From assembly GCA_016839765.1 (NCBI GenBank), contig JAEOTP010000012.1, positions 96,001 to 160,000 on the forward strand: a stretch of 64,000 nt of DNA, written 5' to 3'. Origin of the DNA: Promethearchaeota archaeon. GTDB taxonomy: Archaea > Asgardarchaeota > Lokiarchaeia > Sigyniarchaeales > SOKP01. Positions 38,022-48,603 of this stretch are shown one piece after another (within the stretch, counting starts at the first letter, position 1; each line of letters starts with the position of its first letter). The translations under genes and the position numbers were made by a program. A model generated the notes under the pieces. The model did no database searches, was not told the origin of the DNA, and saw nothing but the letters and a program-made list of their open reading frames with translations.

Positions 38022-39518
38022 ATGTTAGAAACTAAACAGCTAATTATAAAGAGGTTTGAAAGATTATTCTATCCCAGAGCGATAGGAATCGTCGGAGCAT
38101 CTTATAATCCAGCAGGTGGCGGTTATTTCGTTGAAATAATGAAAGATCGATTCAGAAAACCTATTTATATTTTTAATCCCCGTTTAAAGGGGCAAAAACT
38201 TTATGGATTGGAGGTTCATGGATCGATCTTAGAAATTCCAGAGGATAAACCAATTGATTATGTAATAATTGGAGTCCCTGCAAAAATAGTCCCAAAAATT
38301 TTAAACGAAATAGGTCAAAAGAAAGTCCCTTTTGTAACTATTTTCGCTTCTGGTTATAGTGAAATTGGTAATGAGAGTCTTGAAAAAGAAGTTTTAGATA
38401 TAGCAAAGAAATATAATATTCGAATTATTGGACCCAATTGTTTAGGAGTATATAATCCTGAAGCAGGATTATATATTGGGAGAGCTCAGTCAAAGAAAGC
38501 CGGAAACTTTGGAGCTGTGCTACAATCTGGAGGATTAGCAGTGAATGTTGCTCAGTTGGCTGATGCCTATGGTGTTGAAGTATCAAAAATGATTTCTGTT
38601 GGAAATGCAATTGATTTAGCGCACCCAGATTTTTTAGAATATTTTTTACATGATACTCGAACAGCTTTTATTGGATTATACCTTGAAAATCTTAAAACAC
38701 TACAAAATGGGCGACGCTTCATGAAAGCAGCAAAAGAATGCAATCTAAACAGAAAACCAGTGATATTATGGAGAGCTGGCTATGGAGAAGCAACAAAAAA
38801 AGCAATTATGTCTCATACAGGAGGATTAGCAGGAAATAATAAGATATGGGAAGCTGTTGCTAAACAAACTGGTTGTTCACTTGTTAATAATTCCGTAGAA
38901 CTTGCTACCTTAGCATCTGCGTTTAAGTTAATCCACTTACCTTCATCAAGAAATATTGGATTAATAGGGATTGGTGGTGGATCAACGATTGAGGCAGGAG
39001 ATACTTTAGAAAAGTATGGTTTGAAAATTCCTAAATTAACAGAGAAAACCAGTGACAAAATGAGTCGATTTTTAAATGATGTAAATACTAATTTCGCTAA
39101 CCCAATCGACTTAGGGGCTCAAGGGGCATTACCACACATATATTATCGTACAATATTGACTTTAGATAAGGATCCAAATATTTCTGCCATAATCTTTGTT
39201 AAAGACCCTGAAAGGTTTAAGAACTTAGAGGATTCTCTGGTTGGAAAATTAGGTTTTGAAAAAGGTACGGATTTGAATAAATCTTTTATAAAATATATTG
39301 GAAAAGCTAAAAGAATATGTAAAAAACCTATGATCTGTGTTATGCTAAAAATTTCAGAAGGTTTTGAAGAATATAAAAGCCGCTATAAATTTAAGCTTAG
39401 ATTATTAAATAGAAACGTTCCTGTGTTCGAAAGCTTTGATCTTGCTGGAAAAGTGCTTGATAGTATGAATAAATATAGGGAATTTCTACAAAAGCATGGA
39501 AAGTATCCACGAAATTAA
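38022..39518 (+). CDS. ADP-forming acyl-CoA synthetase alpha-subunit-like (CoA-binding) protein
   Basis: LFYPRAIGIVGAS, RIIGPNCLG, QSGG, SVGNAIDL, phospho-His motif SHTGGLAG, NPIDL. Confidence 0.88.
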   Translation: MLETKQLIIKRFERLFYPRAIGIVGASYNPAGGGYFVEIMKDRFRKPIYIFNPRLKGQKLYGLEVHGSILEIPEDKPIDYVIIGVPAKIVPKILNEIGQKKVPFVTIFASGYSEIGNESLEKEVLDIAKKYNIRIIGPNCLGVYNPEAGLYIGRAQSKKAGNFGAVLQSGGLAVNVAQLADAYGVEVSKMISVGNAIDLAHPDFLEYFLHDTRTAFIGLYLENLKTLQNGRRFMKAAKECNLNRKPVILWRAGYGEATKKAIMSHTGGLAGNNKIWEAVAKQTGCSLVNNSVELATLASAFKLIHLPSSRNIGLIGIGGGSTIEAGDTLEKYGLKIPKLTEKTSDKMSRFLNDVNTNFANPIDLGAQGALPHIYYRTILTLDKDPNISAIIFVKDPERFKNLEDSLVGKLGFEKGTDLNKSFIKYIGKAKRICKKPMICVMLKISEGFEEYKSRYKFKLRLLNRNVPVFESFDLAGKVLDSMNKYREFLQKHGKYPRN

Positions 39519-40331
39519 TTAAGAAGGCTCATTCTTTATATGCTTTATTTCTATAGGACGTCCAGGACTTCCTTGATAATAAAATTTTCCAGGTTTACCT
39601 CTCCAATTTTTATGTAATACTGTGTTTGGAAAAATTACATTATCATCAGTGGTTAACGCATTTGGACCAGTTATATCACCTGGATAAAACGTGGTATTTC
39701 TACCTATTTTTACTTCTATCATTGTTATCTTTCCGAATATCGTATTAACTGCATGTGAAGATAAACCAGCTGTAGGATAAAAGAACACATTATCTCCTAA
39801 ATCAGTGAATTCTAATCCAACATATCCATCGCAATAAATAACGTTCTTACCTATCTTATTATGGCCTATTCTCTTTAGAGTACGATTTACAAGCCAAGGA
39901 AAAGGTGATTTTGAGGTTAGCCACATAGGAAATTTTATAATAAATCCTCTTTTGTGATAATACTTCATCATTTTTCCTTCTGGACTATCTACATCATCAA
40001 GAACGCGAGAAAATACTCCTTGCTGTGGTGGGGATTTTTTATTCCATCGTCTTACCCATAAAGCGGCAAATTCTACCAGTAGGATAAGATAGATATAATA
40101 TAATAAAAATAGAACTACTGGAAGCATTATGAAATGAAAAATTGAGTCAAATGAAAAGAAAATATTAATGATTCCATACTCAAAAAGAAGAAAAAACCCC
40201 AAGCATATATATAAAGGAACTAAAAAACTAATAAAATTTATCTTAAAGAAATCTAGAGCAGGAAGTTCAACAGTTTTCTTTTCTTGTGTCTCATTTAAAT
40301 TTTCCTGATTTAAAGTCGTATTTTCATCCAT
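39519..40331 (-). CDS. Membrane-anchored left-handed beta-helix (acyltransferase-like) protein
   Basis: Two N-terminal TMs, then hexapeptide repeats (KIGKNVIY, DLGDNVFF, KIGRNTTF) and terminal YQGSPGRPI. Confidence 0.7.
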   Translation of the reverse strand: MDENTTLNQENLNETQEKKTVELPALDFFKINFISFLVPLYICLGFFLLFEYGIINIFFSFDSIFHFIMLPVVLFLLYYIYLILLVEFAALWVRRWNKKSPPQQGVFSRVLDDVDSPEGKMMKYYHKRGFIIKFPMWLTSKSPFPWLVNRTLKRIGHNKIGKNVIYCDGYVGLEFTDLGDNVFFYPTAGLSSHAVNTIFGKITMIEVKIGRNTTFYPGDITGPNALTTDDNVIFPNTVLHKNWRGKPGKFYYQGSPGRPIEIKHIKNEPS

Positions 40332-40341
40332 AATATATCTA

Positions 40342-41337
40342 TTGATATTTCATTATAAAAAATTAATTACAATTGAATATTTAACATTGTATATGGTTGA
40401 TATATTAACTACAATTCTTGGGATATTTATTTCAATTATTGCTTCTTTTTGTTTTAATTTTGGTATTGTCCTCCAGAAGAAAGGTTTAAAAGAGGGTTCT
40501 GAGATAAAAATTGAAGAAGGAGTGAGAAATTTATATAATACTTTTAAGGAGTTTAGCAAAAATAAAAGTTGGCTTTCAGGCACTCTATTGGGATTGATTG
40601 GAATGATACCTTATGCTATTGCGATGGGACTGGTTGGAATAGTTGTTGTACAACCATTAATGAGCATAGGGCTACTTTTCTTTGTAATATCTGCGGTTAA
40701 AATGCTGAATGAAAAGATTACTTATTATGAAATCATTGCCATAGGAATTTTAATAGTATCTCCAATATTAATAGCACTTGCAGGAATTACAAATATTTTT
40801 ATTGATTTATATCAATTTGTTATTCCTTTTATTATATTTTTGAGTCCACTATTCGTACTTGGTATTGGATTTTATTTCCTGTCAAAACAAAAACGAGGTA
40901 CTCAGTTTGAAGGAATGTTTTTAATGTTTATAGGAGCGATTTTATATTCAATCGGAGCCATTTTTACCAATATTTTAGCACAAGCTTTTACTGAAGCCAA
41001 TATTTTTCCACTGTTTTTCTGGGAGATTTTATTTGGAATTTTTTGGTTTGATTATTTACATTTATGGATGTTTATAAGTTCTTGGGGAATGCTAGTATTC
41101 TACATTTCAAGTGTTATTTTTTTACAATCAGCTCTTCAAAAAAGTAAAGCTTTAACAATTGTCCCAATCCAAAATACAATAATGCTAATAATACCCATAA
41201 TCGCAGGTTTATTTGTTTTTAATCAAACTTTTCAAAACCTCATTTTATTTTTGGTTGCACTTGTTTTGATATTAATTTCAACAATCTCACTCAGTAGATT
41301 TCAAGTAAAAATAGAATTAATTCAAACTGATGGATAA
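40342..41337 (+). CDS. DMT-superfamily transporter, NIPA Mg2+-transporter-like (start probably ATG at 40393)
   Basis: About 9 TMs; FNFGIVLQKKGL, WLSG, VVVQPL, LNEKIT, LQSALQ..KALTIVPI. Confidence 0.7.
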   Translation: MIFHYKKLITIEYLTLYMVDILTTILGIFISIIASFCFNFGIVLQKKGLKEGSEIKIEEGVRNLYNTFKEFSKNKSWLSGTLLGLIGMIPYAIAMGLVGIVVVQPLMSIGLLFFVISAVKMLNEKITYYEIIAIGILIVSPILIALAGITNIFIDLYQFVIPFIIFLSPLFVLGIGFYFLSKQKRGTQFEGMFLMFIGAILYSIGAIFTNILAQAFTEANIFPLFFWEILFGIFWFDYLHLWMFISSWGMLVFYISSVIFLQSALQKSKALTIVPIQNTIMLIIPIIAGLFVFNQTFQNLILFLVALVLILISTISLSRFQVKIELIQTDG

Positions 41338-41362
41338 GTAGTAATTAAAAAGATTTAATAAT

Positions 41363-44119
41363 ATGTCAGAAATTACCTGGGATAAATACAGCTTAAAAAT
41401 AAATGAAAAGAGAATCTTCCTTTTAGGTGGTGAATTTCATTATTGGAGGTTGCCTGATAGAGAACGTTGGAAAGATATACTAAAAATGTATAAAATTGCC
41501 GGTTTAAATAGTGTCAGAATCTATTTTCATTGGGGATATCATAATCCTAAGGAAGGAAAATATTATTTTGAAGGTAATAGAGATGTAAAATATTTATTAG
41601 AATTATGTGAAGAATTAGGTTTATATGTATTTATTGCTCAAGGGCCTTATATTTGTGCTGAAACAACAGCTGGAGGATACCCTTTATGGCTTTTAGGAAG
41701 GAGAGATATAAGAATTAAACACTTGGAAAATATAGGTAAATCAGTTTACGATCCTCATTACATGAAATATTGTAAACAATGGTATGAAAACTTTATAAGT
41801 TTAATTAAAAAACACCAAATTACGAAAAATCCACGAGGTAAAATAATTGCTTTCCAGATAGAGAATGAATATATTGAACATGAATCAATACTTAGGAGAT
41901 ATATGCAAGATCTTATCTCTTATGCTGAAAAATTTGGTATCACGGTTCCCAATTTTCATAATGATGTAGAAGAATTAGGATCTTGGAATGGATTGGTTGA
42001 CCTATATGGTTTTGATAAATATCCTATTTTGGCAGATAAAACCCCAGAAAGTTTACCACTTACTAATTGGAGATTTGTTTCATTCCGTAAAAAAGTTGAT
42101 CGCCTTGAAGAAAAGGTGAGATCTTTAGGAGCAGCCGCTGCTAATTCTCCACTTTTTATTCCGGAACTTCAAGGAGGGTGGTATAATCATTGGGGTATAA
42201 TTTATGGTTATGATACTTTATTTAATTTTTATGGAGAAACGCATCAGAAAATGCTACTTCAGAGCTTAGCAGCTCAAGGAGTTACAATGATGTTATTTTA
42301 TATGTTCTATGGTGGAACTACATGGGGCTCACTTCCTAATCCTGAGGTTTATACCAGTTATGATTATTCAGCAAGTATAAGAGAATATGGATTCCAATCA
42401 TCTAGAATGAGACATTTAAGATTATTATCGTTATTCATTCAAAGTTTTAAAGATAGTTTTTTTGAGACAGATTTAGTAGATCCCCCTGAAATTATATGCG
42501 ATCAAAAAAACATATTTAATAGGCAACGGTTAGGAAATGACGGAACTAATTTCTATTTCTTCAGAAATTTCAATAAGAATAGTATCGAGGAATTTAATAT
42601 AGTTCTCTCAGAAAATTTACAAATACCTAAAGAGAAAAACCAGTATTTACGATCTCGTGATTCTTTCATAGCAATTGGAAATCATCAAATGGGAGATTTC
42701 CATATAAGATTTTGTTCATTGAATATAATTCTAAAGGGATCTTATGCTAATGGACATCTTATTGTTGTAATCAATAACGGTGGTGAATTATTACTTGAAG
42801 GAACCGATTTTGAAATACGTGGAAAAATAAAATCCTTTTTTGAAGACCATTTTACTAGAATATCATTTGATTCCCAAGGATCTGGCCTTATAACTAATAA
42901 AAATGAAAAGAAGTTGTATATCATTTGTTTATCTGAGGAAATGGCACTTACTTTAAATGCAGATTTTAATGAATCTGATATACGACTAGCATGGGGGGCG
43001 TATTCATTGTTTTTTTCTAAGAATAATAATATAGAAACTGAGATTCTAGAATCCCAAACTGTTTGGATTTTAGATTCTAAAAATACAGCTGATGACTTTG
43101 AAAAAGTGGAGGATTCAATTATTCCTGGATTAATGAAAAAGAGATATTCACCCAAAATTGAATTACCTGAGTTATCATTTGGTACATGGTACAAGCTTAA
43201 AACGAATTGGGCTAATCAGGATGATTCTAATATCTGGAAAGAGATCAATTTCGAAATTGATAAAGATCCTATAGATCATAATTATGTGTGTGGGCATGTA
43301 TTATATAAATGTGAGTTCTATACTTCTAACTTACAAAATATTACTATTAAGATTAATTCAAGACATAAAACTGTAGTTTGGCTTAATAATCAATTCATTG
43401 GGGGGCATAATACCTACAGCATAAATTCTATGCAACCTGGAGCCATGATGGGTATAGATCCTTCAGATAAAGGCGGGGAAATTTACGATTTAACTAAATA
43501 TACTAAAAATAATAAAAATATTTTATTCATTTTAACAGAAAATTTAGGTCAAAATAAAAATTTCTTTGTTGCAAATGATCTTAGAAATCCTAGAGGAATT
43601 TTATCTGTGGATTTTTCTAGACCACTTACTTCAGAAAGTTGGTATATCTCTGGAATTGATGTAACTAAATTAAAGCAATCATATAATACTTCCGGACTTC
43701 CAGGAGAAAAATTTGGTTTTCAACATGGTGAAGGTAAGGAATGGATAGAAATCAATCATCAACTAACCGTAACACCAAATGACCAAATAATCTGGTATAA
43801 AACTATTTTTAATTGGAAAATAGAAGAAAAAGTAAGAATACCCCTGAGATTACATATTGAAGGTAAACATAATGTGCATATATTCTTAAATGGACTTTAC
43901 ATTGGAAATTATTGGGGTGCTTATGGTCCACAACATGATTTTTACATAATGGATAAATTATTAAAAAAAGAAAATGTGTTAGTTTTGGCATGTTGGACAA
44001 CAGAGAAAGATGATTTAAAAATATCAATTAAACCATATAAAATAAAAACTGATAGCGGTAATATTGATGAAGAGGGAATAGTTTTTGCCACTCAAAAACA
44101 TACAATAAAAGTAGATTAA
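41363..44119 (+). CDS. GH35 beta-galactosidase
   Basis: GGEFHYWRLP, YFHWGYH, GPYICAE, FQIENEY (acid/base), PELQGGW (nucleophile), YMFYGGT, YTSYDYSA, C-terminal jelly-roll domains (GPQHDF). Confidence 0.92.
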   Translation: MSEITWDKYSLKINEKRIFLLGGEFHYWRLPDRERWKDILKMYKIAGLNSVRIYFHWGYHNPKEGKYYFEGNRDVKYLLELCEELGLYVFIAQGPYICAETTAGGYPLWLLGRRDIRIKHLENIGKSVYDPHYMKYCKQWYENFISLIKKHQITKNPRGKIIAFQIENEYIEHESILRRYMQDLISYAEKFGITVPNFHNDVEELGSWNGLVDLYGFDKYPILADKTPESLPLTNWRFVSFRKKVDRLEEKVRSLGAAAANSPLFIPELQGGWYNHWGIIYGYDTLFNFYGETHQKMLLQSLAAQGVTMMLFYMFYGGTTWGSLPNPEVYTSYDYSASIREYGFQSSRMRHLRLLSLFIQSFKDSFFETDLVDPPEIICDQKNIFNRQRLGNDGTNFYFFRNFNKNSIEEFNIVLSENLQIPKEKNQYLRSRDSFIAIGNHQMGDFHIRFCSLNIILKGSYANGHLIVVINNGGELLLEGTDFEIRGKIKSFFEDHFTRISFDSQGSGLITNKNEKKLYIICLSEEMALTLNADFNESDIRLAWGAYSLFFSKNNNIETEILESQTVWILDSKNTADDFEKVEDSIIPGLMKKRYSPKIELPELSFGTWYKLKTNWANQDDSNIWKEINFEIDKDPIDHNYVCGHVLYKCEFYTSNLQNITIKINSRHKTVVWLNNQFIGGHNTYSINSMQPGAMMGIDPSDKGGEIYDLTKYTKNNKNILFILTENLGQNKNFFVANDLRNPRGILSVDFSRPLTSESWYISGIDVTKLKQSYNTSGLPGEKFGFQHGEGKEWIEINHQLTVTPNDQIIWYKTIFNWKIEEKVRIPLRLHIEGKHNVHIFLNGLYIGNYWGAYGPQHDFYIMDKLLKKENVLVLACWTTEKDDLKISIKPYKIKTDSGNIDEEGIVFATQKHTIKVD

Positions 44120-44234
44120 AATCTTTATTCTTAAATTTTTATAATCAAAAATCTTTTAGATTAAAATCAATTTTATTTAATATTCTATGTATTCACCTTA
44201 GAAAATATTATCTACAAATTTTGGATTAAGGCAT

Positions 44235-45485
44235 ATGATTGAAAAAACTCCAAATAGCAATAAATCATCAAATAATAGAAAAATTTTCAAATACCGAATG
44301 CTAACTCCACTTTGGATTGCTGTATTTATTGATATCATTGGTTTTTCCATGATTTTACCGATGGCACCTTCTATTGCTGAAGATTTCGATATAGAAATAT
44401 TTCTAATGGGGATAGCTCTTTCTGTAAATGCTATGTTTTCATTCATTTTTGGACCATTATTAGGAAAGCTAAGTGATAGATATGGAAGAAAACCTTTACT
44501 TTTAATTTCGCAAGTAGGTACTTGTGCAGGATTTTTATTGCTAGCTTTTTCTAATTCAATTTGGATGTTAATTATATCACGTATAGTTGATGGAGTTTTT
44601 GGTGGTAATTTTCCGATTGCAAAAGCAATTATTGGTGATGAGGTGCCACCTAAAGACAGAAGTATTCAAATGGCAAATATAGGTGTAGCTCATGTATTAG
44701 CCTCTCTTATTGGACCAGGTTTAGGGGGTATACTCTATGAAATTGGAATACTCTATAATATTGGTGGAATTCTTCTTCCTGGTTTATTTGCTGCCGGATT
44801 ATCTGTCTTTACTATAATAATAACGATTTTTATATTAGAAGAAACTTGGCCTAAATCGAGACGTCAAGATTATCATGAAATGAAAACAAAAGTTATAATT
44901 AAAATTAGAAAAAATAAAGGTGCTATGTTTTATTTAACTGTTTATGGTTTTCATACTGCTTCATTCATGATTGCAATGGCATCATTAGCATTTTTTGCTA
45001 AAATTATGTTTGGGATGGGACCTCCTGAAATTGGGATCTTATTAATGATCTCTGGCATTTTTCGAGCTACAATAAGATTTACTCTATTTAAACCTGTTAT
45101 CACTAAATTAGGAGAAAACAATGCTATTTTAGTTGGTTTAGGTATATTTCTAGTCTCATTTTTGATTGTGGGTTTTTCTATTTCTGTTATTATGTTTTTT
45201 ATCTTAATATTATTTATTAGTTTTGCCGCCTCATTGACACGAGGACCATTGAATAGTAAAATTAGTCAATCAGTATCGCCAAGAGAGCAAGGTAAAATTA
45301 ATGGTTATTCATCTGGATTAGATAGTTTTGCTCAGATTATAGGACCTTTAATTGGCACATTTGTGCTTGGCTATTTTGCTCCTTACTTCTTAAGTTTTGT
45401 AATTGGTTCAATAGCCTTAGTTCCTTTTCTAATGGGTTTTAAAAAAGTAGAATTGAAAGAGCATAAATCAATTAAACTTAGTTAA
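44235..45485 (+). CDS. MFS transporter, TetA/DHA1-like
   Basis: FIDIIGFSMILP, motif A GKLSDRYGRKP, SRIVDG, IGPGLGG; about 12 TMs. Confidence 0.9.
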   Translation: MIEKTPNSNKSSNNRKIFKYRMLTPLWIAVFIDIIGFSMILPMAPSIAEDFDIEIFLMGIALSVNAMFSFIFGPLLGKLSDRYGRKPLLLISQVGTCAGFLLLAFSNSIWMLIISRIVDGVFGGNFPIAKAIIGDEVPPKDRSIQMANIGVAHVLASLIGPGLGGILYEIGILYNIGGILLPGLFAAGLSVFTIIITIFILEETWPKSRRQDYHEMKTKVIIKIRKNKGAMFYLTVYGFHTASFMIAMASLAFFAKIMFGMGPPEIGILLMISGIFRATIRFTLFKPVITKLGENNAILVGLGIFLVSFLIVGFSISVIMFFILILFISFAASLTRGPLNSKISQSVSPREQGKINGYSSGLDSFAQIIGPLIGTFVLGYFAPYFLSFVIGSIALVPFLMGFKKVELKEHKSIKLS

Positions 45486-46314
45486 TTAAAAAGTCTATAA
45501 TATACTTATTGACTTCTGGAGCATTTTCTAACGGAAAATAATGACCTCCATCAAATACAATAAGTTTACTTCTCTTTAACTTATTATTTAACTCTATACT
45601 TACACTTTTTGGAGATATTCTATCCTTTTCCGCAGCAAGTACTAGAACCTCATTCTGTATTTCATGGATTTGATCAATTGTGTTTAATCCTGCTATTGCA
45701 TTGATTCTATTTTCAATATCATAAGGTTGTGAAGAATCTTTAAACACAAGGTCCATTAAATCACTTGTAGTAAAGATCCCATGAAATTTTTCCTCTGGTT
45801 CTTGAACCAGCTGTTTATAAAACTTTCGAGAAAATCTTTGTTTCATTTTTTTGAAAAATGCATTTTCAGGATCCTTCAGTTTCTCTTTATAAAATGCCAA
45901 TTGACTATTCTTAAACATTTCAAGTCCAGATTTATCTACGGGGAGTTTTGTAAGAGCTGCGATGAGCACAAGTTTATTTACACGCAGAGGATACTGTATT
46001 ACTAAATATTGGGCAATCATTGCTCCAGTCGCCCATCCAATTATATGGGCTTTTTGAATACCCAGTGCATCCAAAAGACATTTGACATCATCAGCAAGAG
46101 TTTCTAATTTATAGGGCTCTTTTGGGTGATCTGATTTTCCAGATCCCCTATTATCTAAAGAAATCACCTTAAAATGTTTCGCTAATTCTGATATTTGTGC
46201 TATCCAAAATTCTTTATGCAAACCAAAACCATGAATTAGAACAACTGGATATCCTTCTCCATGGATTTCGTAGCACATTTTTATTCCATTAACAGTTGCA
46301 TAAGATTCTGTCAA
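45478..46314 (-). CDS. Alpha/beta hydrolase paralog lacking the nucleophilic Ser (GWATG)
   Basis: LIHGFG, DNRGSGKS, elbow IIGWATGAM, AEKD, GGH. TTG start. Confidence 0.85.
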   Translation of the reverse strand: MTESYATVNGIKMCYEIHGEGYPVVLIHGFGLHKEFWIAQISELAKHFKVISLDNRGSGKSDHPKEPYKLETLADDVKCLLDALGIQKAHIIGWATGAMIAQYLVIQYPLRVNKLVLIAALTKLPVDKSGLEMFKNSQLAFYKEKLKDPENAFFKKMKQRFSRKFYKQLVQEPEEKFHGIFTTSDLMDLVFKDSSQPYDIENRINAIAGLNTIDQIHEIQNEVLVLAAEKDRISPKSVSIELNNKLKRSKLIVFDGGHYFPLENAPEVNKYIIDFLIN

Positions 46315-46327
46315 ATTTATCGCTTTT

Positions 46328-47197
46328 CTAACTTTTTAAAAATTCAATTATCAATTTGTTAACTTCTGGAGCTTTTTCTAAAATAGACTGATGAGCTGCT
46401 TTTTCAATTATTATTAATTTACTATTTGGGATAAGTTCATGAGTTTTTTCGTTCATAGTCGTGGTACAAGTTTTATCTTTTTCTGCTGCCAGAATAAGTA
46501 CTTTATTTCTTATTGAAGGTAATCTTTCATAAACATTGTGCGTTTTAAGAGCTTCTACTTGATTATTTATATCTTTTACTGTAGTAGGATTATTCAGTTT
46601 TTCTTGTACTAAGTCCTCAACCGACCATATTCCATGAAAATTTTTTTTGGGATTCTCCACCATTAATTTCCAAAATGAGCGAGAATAACTTCTTTTCGCG
46701 CCTTCTAAAAATTTATTAATTGGATCTTGCTTCAGTTCTTTAAGACTAGTTATAGCGTTTTTTCTGTACATTTCTATCCCTTTTTCATTAGGGACTCCTG
46801 GAAGGGTTATTCCTGAGAGAGTATTTATTAAGATTACCTTATTAGTCCTATGCGGATATTTAAGAATAAAGTTCTGTACTATCATACCTCCTAATGAATG
46901 TCCTATAATATGAGCTTTTTCAATCTCCAAATAATCCATTAAAGCATTAATATCGTCCGCATAAAGTTCCATTGAATAGGGCCCATCAGGTCTTTCTGAT
47001 TTTCCTGCGCCTCGGTTATCAAATCTAATTACTTTAAAATAATTAGACAAATCCTCAACCTGAGCACGCCAGTGTTCTTTTTTATTACCAAAACCATGCA
47101 CTAAAATAATTGGATATCCTTTGCCATGGATTTCATAGCAAATATTTATACCATTAACTTCTGCAAATTCTTCGCTCATAATGATTAAATAAATCAA
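46328..47197 (-). CDS. Alpha/beta hydrolase (start probably ATG at 47179)
   Basis: LVHGFG, DNRGAGKS, GHSLGG, AEKD, AAH. Confidence 0.9.
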   Translation of the reverse strand: MIYLIIMSEEFAEVNGINICYEIHGKGYPIILVHGFGNKKEHWRAQVEDLSNYFKVIRFDNRGAGKSERPDGPYSMELYADDINALMDYLEIEKAHIIGHSLGGMIVQNFILKYPHRTNKVILINTLSGITLPGVPNEKGIEMYRKNAITSLKELKQDPINKFLEGAKRSYSRSFWKLMVENPKKNFHGIWSVEDLVQEKLNNPTTVKDINNQVEALKTHNVYERLPSIRNKVLILAAEKDKTCTTTMNEKTHELIPNSKLIIIEKAAHQSILEKAPEVNKLIIEFLKS

Positions 47198-47237
47198 TGA
47201 ATTTATTAAGAGTTTTCACTCGCTATTTATAAAATTT

Positions 47238-48290
47238 TCACATTTTGCATATAGAAGATCTACAATACTTACAATTTCCATGAATATCCAAATATAACTC
47301 ATTAACTCCTAAACCTGATCTCTCAATAACTAATTTTGAACACTTATTACAATAAGTATTTTCATATTTTGAATAAGGTAAATTTCCTAAGTAAACAAAT
47401 TTTAATCCAACTTCTTTTGCAATCTCATAAGATTGAGTCAAAAGTTTTTTTGGGGTAGGATTAAAAAGATCATACTTATTTGATTTATGATGCGGAAAAA
47501 ACCGTGTTAAATGAAGAGGAGTATTATCACCTAAATCATTTAAAATTCTCTGTGCGATCCGCTTTATTATCTCTTGATTTGCATTCAAGTTCTCAATCAA
47601 TAATGTTGTAATTTCGATATGAACACCAGATTCTTTTGCTATTTTTGCATTTCTCCACACTTTCTCTACATCAGCTCCACAATATCTTTTAACCATATCT
47701 GCTTCTCCCTTAATATCAATATTCATTGCGTTTAAACCATTTTTGATTAACTCCTTCAATACTCCTTCGGTCATATATCCATTAGTAACATAAGTGTTGT
47801 AAAGCCCTTCCTTTTTAGCTAATTTAAAGACCTCTAATGAGTATTCAAAGAGCAAAGTGGGTTCATTAAAAGAAATTGAAGTGCCTTGGCAATTATTCTT
47901 TATTGCTATTTTAATTATTTCTTCTGGTGTTAAGTAATCTTTTGAATTTTTGACTATATTGCGAATATCTTCCTTAGGATGTGAAATGTGATGATTTTGA
48001 CACCAAAAACAGCTAAAATTACAGCCATAGGTTCCAATTGTAATTGCAACACTTCCAGGATAAAAATGATATAAAGGCTTCTTCTCTATGGGATTAAAAG
48101 ATAACGCAGGAATTAATCCATAAACAATACTGAAAATTTCTCCATTAAGATTGATACGAGTTTGACAAAAACCTGAATCTCCATTGGAAATTTTACATCT
48201 ACGTTCACAGGTTAAACATTGAGAAATGTTTTCATCAATTCTTTCTTGATATTTGGCTTTTTTTAAATACTGTGGATTAGTAAAATCCAT
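47238..48290 (-). CDS. amrS: AmmeMemoRadiSam system radical SAM enzyme
   Basis: CLTCERRC, PIEKKPLYHFYPG, GCNFSCFWCQN, FNEPT, TPLHLTRFFP, VYLGN...NTYCNKC. Confidence 0.9.
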   Translation of the reverse strand: MDFTNPQYLKKAKYQERIDENISQCLTCERRCKISNGDSGFCQTRINLNGEIFSIVYGLIPALSFNPIEKKPLYHFYPGSVAITIGTYGCNFSCFWCQNHHISHPKEDIRNIVKNSKDYLTPEEIIKIAIKNNCQGTSISFNEPTLLFEYSLEVFKLAKKEGLYNTYVTNGYMTEGVLKELIKNGLNAMNIDIKGEADMVKRYCGADVEKVWRNAKIAKESGVHIEITTLLIENLNANQEIIKRIAQRILNDLGDNTPLHLTRFFPHHKSNKYDLFNPTPKKLLTQSYEIAKEVGLKFVYLGNLPYSKYENTYCNKCSKLVIERSGLGVNELYLDIHGNCKYCRSSICKM

Positions 48291-48301
48291 ACATTCTCAT
48301 T

Positions 48302-48583
48302 TTAAACTTTAAATAGATGATAAACTTCGGGTGGTTTTTCTTCCCAATCTTCAAAGGGGTCACCTTTAACTGCTTCACTCATGGCGGATCTTGCAGCAAG
48401 CCAATCTTCTTTTGAATTCCAGATAGCAAGACCAATAAGACGACCTCTATCTTCATCCTTGGTCGTATGAGCCGCAATAAGCCCTTCTTTTCCTTCCATA
48501 GCTTTTCCAAAGCGATGCATAGAATCGATAAGTAGCTGTTCTTTTTCTGGTTTGGGATAATGAATCGACATATGAACAAACAT
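48302..48583 (-). CDS. Antibiotic biosynthesis monooxygenase (ABM)-type dimeric alpha/beta barrel protein
   Basis: 93 aa: HYPKPEKEQ...EGLI...LIGLAIWNSKEDW. Confidence 0.7.
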   Translation of the reverse strand: MFVHMSIHYPKPEKEQLLIDSMHRFGKAMEGKEGLIAAHTTKDEDRGRLIGLAIWNSKEDWLAARSAMSEAVKGDPFEDWEEKPPEVYHLFKV

Positions 48584-48603
48584 TGGTTTTCACTCTTGTT
48601 AAT

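Noticed and set aside
39510-39525. Abutting stop codons of convergent genes (also the 8-nt overlap at 45478-45485)
   Set aside because: This is common in compact AT-rich archaeal genomes, and there is no evidence of a special function.
47238-48290. Complete AmmeMemoRadiSam system
   Set aside because: Only the radical SAM gene is present; no AMMECR1 or Memo homolog is adjacent in this window.
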